Position numbers and translations under genes: made by a program. This document shows, one piece after another, positions 51,456-64,000 of a DNA stretch of 64,000 bases. Under the pieces are notes generated by a model. It saw nothing but the letters and a program-made list of their open reading frames with translations. It made no database searches and was not told the DNA's origin. The stretch comes from Tubulanus polymorphus (lineage: Eukaryota > Animalia > Nemertea). The stretch covers positions 20,794,560 to 20,858,559 of the forward strand of contig NC_134027.1 of NCBI RefSeq assembly GCF_964204645.1. Reading direction: 5' to 3'. Within the stretch, counting starts at the first letter, position 1; each line of letters begins with the position of its first letter.

Positions 51456-54400
51456 CCCCGCCAAAACAAACTTTTGTTATTCATGCATCCAAACATAACA
51501 ATCGTTCATGGGTTCAAGTTAGCTCTATATGCTCGGAAAACGCTTTTGATTTAAAAGAATTTCTTTGGGGAAGCCCGAACCCCTGCAGGATTGACTCACG
51601 CCTTCGGCGCACAAAACTACTGGCGGCTTATAGCTGGTTCGTGTGAATAACTCAAGAAAAAATAACATGGATTTTATAGATCTGCGTTCTCATCCCTGTA
51701 ATTTTAGGTATCCGAAAATTCTGAAGTAAATGTTTCCTTATTTCATTACTCGCGCACGCGCTATTGTTGTGATTGTGGTTAGTGTTGCAGAGTCATGGGG
51801 TGAGTAACAACTGGCAACATCATATGCGATTAGAGAGGATTTCATGAATAGAATGAATTATCACTTATCATTTGTTGTAACAAGGTTCTACTGTAGACAC
51901 ATTGTATATGATTCCAAGTTTTCTCCTCTGGTGGCAACGAACAAACAATTGAGTCATCCCAAATGTGAGAAGATTCATCCTATGACAGCGCGATTAATTA
52001 TCAAATATCGAGGCTATAAGTGAAAACCGGTCGATAATTTCCGTCCAAATAAAATCTAAAACGTCGAAGGAATAATTAAGTTTTTAGAGAAGTCGAAATA
52101 AAACATTTAAAACGGAACTGGCAATGACAATTGATATTACTCCTCCTGGAACGGACAGCACGTATTATTGATCAATGAAATGCTTCACCCACGAATCAGT
52201 AAACAATCCCATCATGATTTATTTATTCGCAGTTTTATTGAATTCAACTAAAACAGGTCATTTGACGGCTGGCTTAACAATCGCCAACGGTTAGCTACAT
52301 GCTCCGTCTCTACACATTCCGCCGCAACATTGAAAATCAGCAACACACATTGTCATCTTTGATCTACAGCCTATATTTCCAAAAAAAGCAATTCAGTAAG
52401 GAATCTCTTAAATGCAATTCGTCAAAATGATTCGTTCATCCGATAAATGACTACAAAGATTAAACTGATAATTCGTCTTTAATCTATATCATTGAGATCC
52501 TTTGAAATTGTGACATATTTTCCCAGTTGTTACTTACGCAATGACTCTGTAAATGACGCAGCACTGATCACAATCACAACAATAACAAATATCCAATTCA
52601 TTACATAAACAAGCATTTCCAACGCCTAGCAGTTGAATTTAAGAATACATGTATATTAGTAATTTTGCATTTTGGGAAATCCCTGATTGTGATAATTCAA
52701 CAGTCTATAGTTGAAAAGATCTTTTGTAAGATAATGTTGGCCCACCAAGTTGAATATCATGTTGGTTAAAAATAACAACATAGATATAACCCAGTAAATA
52801 AGCCCGTAAAGTGCCGCCAACTTCCCTTTGCGATTACCATAATGTGGCTTGAACCACCCCTCCCAATCCGAAATAAACGTGGATTATAGTAAAATGATAA
52901 CTTTAATAGTATTTAGGTCAGCAACGAATTTCCTTTTTTTTATACAAACAATTCTTTTATTTTAACCATCAAAATTTTACCAAACATACGGTTACCACGC
53001 CACGCGCTGTAATCAGCATTATGGGCGTGATTTAGAAAAGAAGTTATAAATAGATTATATGACGGTTAGATGTAGCAATAACTTGGTAAATACAGAGTAG
53101 AAAGCGAGAAAGAAAAAGAAAAAAGTACCTGGTACAGTCATAACCTTCTAATTTTCGTTACAACGATCATAATTTTCAGCAATAAATTTAGCTACTTTTG
53201 AAATAATTTGGTGGCTGTATAAGATCTCGAGCAGAGAAAATATGTTTGATGGGAGGTATAGATATCAGGGTTACCATATAATAGGAAATTACATTTTCTG
53301 CGTTTTGGGAGTGAGCGAAAGTGGGGTCCTACCTGCAGGTGGTCTAGTTCATTAAGGAGATTAGTCAAAGAAGCCCGATGGTCAGGCTGGTTGCAGAAAA
53401 TAAAGAAATTCGCGATGTTTGGTCGCTTGTTACAAAAATTACAAACGAATTTCAAATAAGTTATGTTATTGACTTAACGGGTACACAGGTTACCACTTTA
53501 CCCTTATTATCGTTCAGACCCATTCCTAACCAATCTAGATAGAGACTAGGGACATTGACACAATTTAGACTCTCAATTTAGACCTCCGGAATTTCACTAA
53601 TGATGAAACTGTTTGATTCTGAATAATGCACATTTAAATACCTTATCACTGCGCTTACCTTACAGTCGCTTCTTCCTGCGTATCAACCTTTTGGAATTAT
53701 AGTATCACGTTTGCCCGAGCCAGAACAGTTGGCGAATGACTAAACATATAGTTCGCATTGATTTTTTCATTTTCATGCAGTTTATATGATACTGACTCGT
53801 GAATATTCACACTGATCAGTCCCGTTTAAATTGACTATGTAGTAGACTATTATTTGACAATACCCCTAGCTATTTCCATCTAACGATTAGAACGCTTCAT
53901 ATTTGGCCACCTGATGCAAATAAGATGAGGGTTACTTAAATTTCCGGACGAAAAATCATCATCAAGTATAGAACGACAATACTTAACAAATGCTTTAAAC
54001 AATATAACATCATTTAAGGCAGAAGGCTTACATTACCCCTAGAAATATAATCTATCGAATATAGAACGCTTCATGTTTAACCACCTGCTGCAGTTAAGAT
54101 TCGAGTTACCGAAAGTTGTGAGTGAAAAATCATCATCGCGAATAGAAAAGCAAATAAGGTAAAGTATATAATAACGATCCATGCTATTAATATTCCAATC
54201 CTTACGCTACGCTACAACGAACAGCTGATTAACTCTCTTCCTTAGGAAAAACGTGATCATAGAAGAGAAAGTGTCATGTTTAATAATTAATTTGAGGAAG
54301 AAGAAAACCGAAGAACAAACGGAAAGAACGGTCACAGTTATTAGTTGATTGCTAACTGTTGTTGCCCTTCTGGCTTTGACCAAAAACCTCTGACAACTTC

Positions 54401-55453
54401 TAAAAGTATCAAAGCATCTCTAAGTTTAATTATCCTTCTTTATTTACGCACAATGTTGCAACTACGACGATGAGAGTTTCTACATTTATCAGAAACGTAG
54501 ATGCCCCGAGTTCTAACAAACTATATTCGCTTAATATAGCTCCACGAAATATAGAAAAAATGCAAATGCCTAATTTTGAACCAAGATAAACTTACTAATT
54601 AAATTTACTAATTAACGTTAACTATGTAATTTCACTGCAAATTGATGATATGCGTAACATTAAACTATTCGGAATATTAAATAAATCATGACCACTCTAA
54701 TTTAACAAGGAATTACATAATAAATATGAATTCAAGCGATGAGAACGCCTAATGACTACAAGTAATAACAACCACGAATAATGCATAAAAATGCATGGAC
54801 TGGAAGCAGCAAACAGTTGTGTAACGTTAGGTGTAAGGCATGGATTCGAAATTTGAAGAACAGACAAAATTGTAAAGATGTTGATGGATTTTTTGGGCTC
54901 AAGGGGAAAAGTAAGAGTAGTATTGCGTGCACCTTATCCTCGGAGATTATTAAATCATCATCGTCATTCACAGTCATCACACACAGGTTCTAAAGATTCG
55001 TGTAATGTAAATGAATTGGTAAAGCGGCGCTCCCAATGCGACACTATTTATTATATTATCTGTTTCTTCAAAACCAATGAATGTATAGGCCTATCAGAAT
55101 CAAGGGACACTTTGTGATAAACAAATTTGGTACGTTGTGAGGCAAATTTAAAACAGCATAAATAATCATCGTAGTCAATTGATCAGTCAATAATTGGTTT
55201 ATCCTTTGTCAGCGATATTGAAGTTGGCATTGAGACAATTATTCAAAATCGCGCTACGTTTTTTTATGTGAGCATTTTTTTCATTGATTCTCGGCCTCAA
55301 CGACGTTTAATCGATACGATCGAAGACATGGCGAACCTCCGTCGATGATATGGCCAACTTTGTTAAAATTCTACGAAATGTTGTTTTTGGCGGGAAAATT
55401 CTTAGCTCATGCTCATAGGAATGATCTCGATTGGGAGGCGTTATCTCTACGAG

Positions 55454-55464
55454 ACACACACACA

Positions 55465-55496
<32 letters not shown>

Positions 55497-55507
55497 CACA
55501 CACACGC
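55454..55507. repeat. (CA)n/(CACG)n compound microsatellite
   Basis: Seen directly. Confidence 0.95.
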
Positions 55508-56529
55508 ATCGTTTGAATATTTTGTCACGCTATACGCAAATTCATAATACAAAGAAAAAATCTTCTATTGGAAAAATGAAAATTGTATGAAATTTTGCAC
55601 GTTATTAATTCCTTCACGTACGCACAAGTTCTCATACCAAAAACGGCAATTATGAAAAAAGTCTATTAATTCCTGACACAGAACCAAAAACACTGTTTAT
55701 TGAAAATGTTAGTTTTTATCTTTGTCAATTGGCGAAAGGCATAAGTATAGGCCTTCTCTAACTAGTTTTATTTTCTTATTGATAATCATATTGGGCGTTG
55801 TTGATTAATTTTCGAATTAGTCATTGCATTATGCAGTGAATCTAAATCTATTCATTGTTGACAATAAAATGGACAAAAGGAAAATATTGACAATTATAAG
55901 GCATGCTGTAAAAACTATTTCGGAGTACTATCGTTATGTGTTAATCGCTGTTATCTGTCTTAAAATAATGATGACCCACGTGAATAATTGACATTTTGCT
56001 GCTATGATAGGACTCGAGAAGAATCACCCGGTATTATAGAAAATGTCGAATAGCCATTGTATGTAGTCAGATTTGTTTAATTTCATTTATGTATTGATTT
56101 ATGTATACGGGTTATTTGTAAATCAATCGTTGGATGATGACGTCACCATCGTGATCAAGATGGAAGTGACCACCAGATGCTCGATGTACCGGTAAGTCTC
56201 TTGACATATCCAGAGTAAAATCTTTGAAATATTTTCTAATTCTATTCTATTGATTATTGTCTTTCAAATCAAATTAAACTAAGCAAATTAGTCTTAAACT
56301 CTAGATCACTTAAATCCCTATCCAGATATGGATTCTTGAACGTAAGTTCTAAAACGCTTTTATTTGATTTGAACGTGGAAAGAAAATTGAACGGATAGAT
56401 ATTTGCCACGACTTCCAATGCTAACTTCATGCAAAATCGAAGGATACCACATATCAAATATAATTGGAACCGATTAGTTACGGTGTGGGGATTGAGGAAT
56501 GGAACTTGGTCCGTTCACAAGTTGGTCCT

Positions 56530-57352
56530 TCAACTAATGAATATTAACATCATAAGTTCTTTCCGGAATGACTTGAGACTGCAAACGTATATGAAAAAAT
56601 TAATGGCATTATTCGTCGTGAGCAGAACATCAGCGGTCAAACTTAACAAGTGATATACATGTGGCCGAAACTGTGGTAATGCGTTTGACAAACGAAGTAA
56701 ACTGATTAGTGTATTAGGTGTATTCAATATGAAAAATGCAATGATGATACAAATTAAATTGCGTATGCATTTTGTGTCTTGTTTTGAAGTACTAATACAA
56801 ATGGAATTTTTAGATTGATCAGTGAATGTTTTGGCACGTTTGGCGAGTTGAGTGCTGATTACAACTATACTGGTTATTAGACCGATCCACGGTATTATGA
56901 TGGCACACAGATAACGATACCAAACTCTTAACGTACGGACGATTTTCAACGTATATATTGCTCGGCATTGCTTATGACCGGTTCGCGCATCTTCCAATAC
57001 CTCGTATAAAACCGAACAAGCGCCTTCTAACGCGAGAAAAAACGATACCATTACGACGATGACAATACGGCGTCGGGTTCGGGTCATTAAAGTTGAAATT
57101 CGCATCGGCATCAAAACGGCAATACTTCGTTCGATAGCGAAACACAACAAGACCCAAACCGAGAGAATACTCAGACTGGCGTTCCTCGGCTAATTTGCAT
57201 ACAACAGCAGACGTCGAATAGAACGAATAAATGGCCTCATTTTTATATGAACCGGCAGCTAATTTTTTACATTTTCTAACGTCCTCAACGAATACATTAT
57301 GACAAAAATTGCGTCTGAACAAGCCATAGGCATGAGGTATTGTACCGTACAT
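56530..57352 (-). pseudogene. Class A peptide-receptor-like GPCR, frameshifted and apparently 5'-truncated
   Basis: One frame reads ...FYSTSAVVCKL. Another frame continues PRNASLSILSVWVLLCFAIERSIAVLMP through TM7 NNAINFFIYVC...FRKEL. There is a frameshift at ~57190 and TM1-2 are not found upstream. Confidence 0.72.
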
Positions 57353-58738
57353 TCGGTATTCGGTTAGCTCTTAGTTAGCCAGAAGTTTTACTATACAGAC
57401 TGAGACTAGATGATTGAATTAAATATTTGAATCAAAATATTGTCACTAGAGTAAATATATATTCCTTATTACACTTTTAGCAGTGATCATATTTTACATA
57501 TAATTGAAAGTATTACTGTCATCTAATGTTAATAAGGTATATTAGAATCGCGAAATCTAAGTTGTTCAAAACCAACATGAAAATGAGACGAGAAAATACA
57601 CAATACATATCCGTAAATGATGAATAACGAGAGAAATCCCAGAATTAATTCAGCTGAAAATCAAAAGTTCTATATTGAAATGATTATATTACGACGTTTC
57701 GGCAACGCTTCGGCTGATGCTATTAGCCATCATCAGGCCCCCGTCAACATGAAAATATTGATACGTAAATCGAATCCATATCATGAGCATACTAATTATT
57801 GTACGAAGAAAATACGACAAATAAGCAGTTCATTAATACTAAAATAATGCTTTAAGTTATCGCACAGTTCATATCGCTCGCAAGCAGCTCGCAAGTTAAA
57901 AAGAGTTCATCGCACAATTAAAATATATTACAAGCTCGAGTTTAAGATATTCCAAATCAAAAGTTCATTATTTCTAATATTTTATCGCATAGCACAGTGA
58001 AATATATTACAAGTTAAAAAGAGTTATTTAGTTCGAATTAAAAGATAGTATGAATAAAAAGTTCATTAATTTCGTTTATGATATGAATCTATTTAAAGAT
58101 TTATTTCAACAATAGAGTTCAATGCACAGTTCAAATATATCGCAGTTGTATTGCGGATGAATATATTAGGATAAATATCTTGCTTTCAAATGTTCTTGGA
58201 AAATCGCCAAGTGAGGATTTTACCAAGGGATTTTTACCTACAACCATCTAAAATGGGTGAACGGATAAAATGGCCAAGGAAAAAATTTTATCAGATCCAG
58301 ACACTACACCAGTTTGCTATAAATTACCACACAATTTCAATGCATTTATCTTTGATGATACAAGTCTGTGCCCTAATAGCTTACAAACAAATTACGTACA
58401 TCGAATCGATGTACGTTTCTTTGCCTAGGCTTGGCATATGATTCATTAACCAACATGTCACATGTGAATTCAAAAATGAAACAGTATCGCTGGCCTGTTT
58501 CGCAACTGTGCTGCTCCGAAACAAGAAACACGGTTTACAGGAAAAGCTGTTTCGAAAATTAAGATGTTCATTTCGCAACGAAGTATTATTGTTGTGTGCG
58601 ATGTAAAGCCCAGATCACACGGTGCTGGGTCCTCTGTACACTAGATCTATTATTAGACCTTGGTCCGAACATGAACCCTAAAACGATTCATTTAAAAGCC
58701 CTTTGATCGCTACTGAATCTAACTGAATCGCTACTAAT

Positions 58739-61700
58739 CTAGTTATGTGTATACTTCTTATGTTGACGTTTATTTCTCGTTCTGATTGATTTCATGTCGA
58801 TAGACAATATCGTGTAAAGAAGGGGGTTGAGAGACGAGTTGATGGGTAGGAAAAGCACCGCCAGCCAGGCCGCCACCTGATTCGGTATTTGAACCCGAAG
58901 TACAACGCAAAACTGAACGATTATTATCGGTAGCCAGCAACATAAATTACAAAGATTTATCACCAAACTCCGTCGAGCAAGAACGAGTTCGGTGGGATCA
59001 GCCCTACCGGAACCAAACCTGCTTCCAGATACAACTATGTACATCTGCGCATATGTCACCATTATCGTTATCAGTAAAATGGAATTGAGCAAAGCAAAAA
59101 TGGCAAATGAATATTGCCAGGCATTGATATCAATTGAAAGTAAATTCATAGGGAGACAAATACCGGTTGTACCATAGTAATTGTTTCCAAAATAAGGAAA
59201 CTGTGATAGTGGTAAGACAGCAACGGAGCATAAGATAATCGAACATACGCAGCAAATGCCGGATACATGATGTGGAGATACAAGTGGGCTTCCAGAAAAT
59301 GGTTGAACAATATTTGAATATCTTAGGCGTGTAAGGATCAAGAGAAATGACAGAGAGCCCTCGCATGATAGAGTGGCCAAAATCCCAGCGAGACGACACA
59401 ACGAACTACGAGTCCAGGTTTGCGAATTTAGAAAATAAATTCCTTTATAAACGTAATCCGCCCCCGCAATCAAAAACAAATACACTGCCATCAGGAGGTC
59501 GCACACTGCAATATGAATTATCAGGATATCGGATGATTTTCTATGAGATTCAGTCGACAAGAAGCGAATTAGTCGCATTGCAACGACCAGAGCATTGGCG
59601 ATGAAGCTGAAGGTAGCGTTAACCCAGATAATTGCCCTCAAAACAGTGTTAGCCATTAAATCAAAACATGATGAAAATTGATCTGCTTTCGGGAAGCACT
59701 TTTCAACGTTTGGTACCATACAGCAAAATTTGTATGCGTCTGCTGCAAGGAAGTTCAATGCAGTAAGATTTTTCAAAACCGCCTTTCCTACATAAATTAT
59801 GTCGGAGTTGTTGGTCAAGTCCAGAACGTTAAGAGAGAATAATTCAGAAAAGGCGTATTTTGAAATATAGCTAATTTTGTTGCTGCTGATATTCAACGAT
59901 TGTAATGCCGGTAAACCTTCAAAAATATTATCACCAAGCAATGTAAGAGAAAGTTGGTGAAGATCAAGAACATTAATAGAATTTAGACCATTGAAGCAAC
60001 CGGCTTCCAAATATCTCAGCGGATTTCCAATAAAAATCAATTCCTTCAAACTTAACAAACCAGTAAAAACCTGCGCAGGTAATGACGCGATGCGGTTAAA
60101 GGACAGATCTAATGTGTGAAGATTATGGAGATGATCAAACGCGTTAGAGATGATACCAGAAAAATTATTACGGGAAATATCAAGGATGCGAAGATAGAAA
60201 AAATATGAAAACGTCGACACGTTAAGTAAAATCCGATTGTTGGTTAAAAGTAAGACTCGTGTGGTCGCCGCAAGAATTCCAGTAATATCAAGTAGATAAC
60301 CATTTTCACAATCTATGGAATGACCTTGGCACTTGCAACGGTTTGGGCACGTGTTGTTACAAAAAGATTCATCATCCGAGTTAAACTGGCAGTTTACGAC
60401 ACCGTTGCATACCTCTGACTGAGGTATACATCGTTTTTCATCACCGCATCTAAACATCCCTGGACATGAAAGCTCTTCACATCTTAATTCATCTTCTGAA
60501 TGGGGGCAATCAGGCTGTCCATCACAGACCTGTCTTACCGGTATACAATACGACGATGGGCATTTAACAGTACTGACCGGACATTCGAATTCTTCACAAC
60601 CCAATACATGTTCAAGGTTTCTACATACCGGATGCCCATCATGTATCTTTTCTAGAATACACCTGTGACGTCTAGAATAACAGCGAGGAGAATCAGAAGA
60701 GCATCTTTGTTCGTCAACTTCCTTGCAATGGTCAGCGAAATCTGTCGCGCAGTCGGATTCATTGCACCGAATCAAAGGATTCACCGAAACGTTAGCTGTT
60801 ACTAATTCGTCTTCTTCTATGACTCCACTGCAATCCACAACACCATCCTGATATAATAACGTACTGATACAGTCACCGTTTGCACACAAAAAACCGTTAC
60901 ATTCCTTTGAAGAGCAATCGATCTCATCTGACTTATCTTTACAATCTACCAGCCCATCACATCGTATATATTCACCGATACATTGTCCATTGTAGCACCG
61001 AAATTGTCCCGAAGAGCATGAAGGGTGATAGCAAAATGTCACATCGGATCCGTCTTCGCAATCTTCCACAAAATCACAGAAATTACTGACTGATATATTT
61101 CGTCCATCTGCACACTGGAACTGGCTCTGAAAATTTGAACTTGAACAACTGAGTTCATCCTCCCCGTTTTGGCAGTCTTTCTTTCCATCACAAACACGAT
61201 GATCACTGATACATCGTTCATCGTTGCATTCGAATTGCCAGGGCAAATAACATCCACTTGCTCGTGACAAATCACTATTTCTAACGTTATATGAGCATAA
61301 AACGGAATGCACAATATCAGTATCATTATTGAAGGGAGTCATCGTCCATTTCACAGATTTGATATATGATATGTCATCCCTTATTATTATTGGTTTTATT
61401 GCCAAATCCATACCACGAGCACCTTTAACCAGTATAGCACCATATTCGTGCCGATAGTCCAAGTTTTGAATCATTGTATGAACATCAACATCAGAGGCTA
61501 TCATTACACCGATTTCGCCACCGATATCAATGCACATTTTCTTGGCATTCTGCAAATCTAAACGGAACTTAGATTTCCAAGCTGTTAATAACTGATAGCA
61601 TTGCCCTGTTATATCAATCCACCCTTTCGTACACGACGCTGTTGAACGTGAAATATTGTTCAAAATATGAGCTGAATTTTCGATAGTTATGTTCGCCAGA

Positions 61701-64000
61701 TTTGAAGGATCATGGTCTACTATTGAGCTGTTGAAACTCTTCGTTCTTCTTTCCGCTTCACAGATGAAACTTGCATATGTTTGAATTATTTGACAAGGGA
61801 AACGAACCCAGTTGGCTGAACCACGTGGATTACTCAATACCATTGCTACGCACGGTATATCAACATCATTTATCGGTTGTTTTCTAAGCGGAGATACTAG
61901 GCCCTGAATAACTTCCGATATCGTTTCGTTAATTCCAGGTTTATACCATTCCGTATAGCTTAATGGTTTCCCATCCGTCCATTTGTAATAACCTCCATTT
62001 ACCTTAAATACGAGGAATATGAACCATATCATTTCTAACATTCATTGGTAATTACCTAAAACGAACGAATGTCCAATTTAATTCGAACTTACCTGCCATT
62101 TTAATCCAATCATCAAAATAAGTGCCTCTTGCGAATATGCCTTCAAAAGTAGCTTTGTAGAGAAGAGCTTTTTCACAGCCAACATTTCATGTTGTGAGCT
62201 AATGCTGAGCAGATGCCCTCCATATTTCCTTGCACAGTATAATTCAGCTTTCTCCCAATTCAGGGGTTTATTCTTGATGTATTTCACGCATGAAATTCTT
62301 AAATCCTGGAACTCTGTTGGGCAGCCATGGGGATCAGGTAGTTGGTTCATTGATGGCGGGTTCTGCAAAATGTATTGTATCTTAAACATCGGGGGATTAG
62401 TTGTTATTTCGAAATGCAATCTAATGTCGGACAAACTATAAAATATCATCCCATTTTCGCAAATTTCCTTTAAATGTATGACCTGGCTACCGCCGACAAT
62501 CACTCCATTTCGATGAAATTCATTCATGTATTCCACATACATGAGTGGTTGCTTTTCCCAGAACGCTCCTCTTTTGCACGGAATCACCTCAATATATTTC
62601 ACCAAGAAACGATAATAATTCATTTTTTCCCTCGGTATCGGGTCACCAAAGATGTACCGAGAGTGCTTGCCTAAATGACCGACCAATCCAGGAAAATTCG
62701 GTGACTGCACAATTCCGCAATTGTGTTTATAGCCCATGAGAAAGTCGATTTTTTTCAACGTAAAACATGTACGTCGAAGTATAACAATCAATTCTATCAA
62801 AAAGAAGAGATGAATATTAGTTAATAAAACTGTGTGTGATACAAAGCCATTTTCCAGGAATTTTTTTATTAAACGAACAAATCTCTCACATCTCACAGCC
62901 GCTATATAATTAGGAGCACACGATTCAAGTTCATATTCGTGTGTTGACAATATGTGTATGTTTTTTATCGTCAAGTATCGATTTTGCGGTACAATCTCGA
63001 GACAATATGACGTCATATTTATCCAAACTTCCCCTTTCTGTAGAACATAGCTGTCGCACTCGGTGTAATGATATTTGAGTTTCCCAGAAAATACATTGCG
63101 ATATTGGTTATAAGAGTAAGCCAATATGATAAATGGCCCACCAGACGTAATCAAGCTGAGGACAGTTCGCCCGAAGTGTCGACGTCCATTTGAGTTGGTG
63201 CCGGGGCAATACGGGCCATAGCGTCTAGCCGTAAAATTGCGTCCATCATATATATAAAATGCAGCTCGCTCACAATTCTCTGATAAAACTTTCATACTTA
63301 GTTGTTCGTCGCTGATGGAAACTTTCTTGAGCCTTAATATTTGAACACTCACGTGGAATATGTCCGACTTTTTTGACTTCCGGATGAAGGGGTTAGACTT
63401 CATACCACCTAACTATAAAAAAACAGTTATGAAAAAATAACATTGAATCGGAATTTATGGAAGCGTCCTGGTGACATCATTTTGTGAAAAAAGATAATTT
63501 CTAGGTTTATCACAAGTCGAAATAAAGTAGTTTTTCAATTAAGATTTGATTTCGAGGTTTAATCCGAGAACCGGCGAACTCGGGATAAACTTGGAAAATT
63601 CCCTCAAGACGCTCCCGTAGAAATTGATATTTCAATTCAATAATACATTACATAATATTACATTTAGATAGATTGCTCACCGATCGTTCGTGGACGGCTA
63701 CGTCTGATTTAGAAAGCGTTTTCAATTCATGATATATTTTCATATTCCTTTCGATAGCGTCTTTCTTCGTTGAAATACAAAGTATGACGAGAAATCCTTC
63801 TGATTTTACACTTAGCGATTCTAAGTAGTTGGGACTGAGTAATATATCTGTTCCCACAATATTTATGCCTTCGAGTTTGTACACGCCAATGGCGTCACCG
63901 GACTTGATGAGATCGCGTGTCCAGTTGAAAACAACGAACTGTAGTATGTCAGCTTTGATAGCCCAGCAATATAATTGTTTTGACTGAGTTATGACGTGTG
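58739..64000 (-). CDS. GRL101-like (RXFP/LGR-type) GPCR: CUB-like, C-type lectin, LDLa repeats, LRRs, 7TM; 5' end outside the window
   Basis: Exon 62002-58739 encodes the second half of a lectin domain (WTDG...WVRFPC...FICE), a second lectin-like unit, ~6 LDLa modules (C..DG..DC....DE..C), LRRNT plus ~6-7 LRRs, the hinge YKFCC...FSSCFDL and a 7TM ending NSSLNPLLYT. Exon ~63410-62093 encodes YGPYC (CUB-like) and the lectin start NWEKAELYC...GHLLSI, with a GTAAGT donor at 62092. A further open exon lies at ~64000-63662. Confidence 0.88.

Noticed and set aside
30-64000. Many short 60-120-aa ORFs in the ORF track
   Set aside because: They are antisense or alternate frames of real exons, repeat-derived, or start at non-ATG codons, and have no recognisable motifs.

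Overview
AT-rich, intron-containing animal (invertebrate, probably lophotrochozoan-type) genomic DNA; no prokaryotic operons, rRNA, tRNA genes or CRISPR arrays were seen. Host genes: an FMRFamide-receptor-like class A GPCR (1.4-2.5 kb, +); a two-exon Cys-rich family B (adhesion/Methuselah-like) GPCR (10.4-13.5 kb, -); a complete CCDC146 gene with 18 coding exons and an RFX X-box (16.8-32.3 kb, -); a 9-exon aldo-keto reductase (45.8-48.5 kb, +); a frameshifted class A GPCR remnant (56.5-57.35 kb, -); and a GRL101-like LDLa-LRR GPCR with C-type lectin and CUB-like N-terminal modules that runs off the window end (58.7-64 kb, -). The rest is rich in mobile DNA. Highlights: (1) a ~660-bp element in three copies with no TIRs, a subterminal GC hairpin and CTRGR ends, where reading-frame restoration of the LINE it interrupts argues that one pentamer is target-derived, which does not fit a canonical Helitron; (2) a nested stack in which a CR1 LINE ORF1 is split by a 6.3-kb TIR element and by that 660-bp element; (3) an AT-rich virus-like ORF island next to iteron-like repeats and a 104-nt hairpin; (4) degenerate hammerhead-ribozyme motifs and a 29-bp P-like micro-MITE. 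All family calls come from motif recognition by eye; no searches were run.
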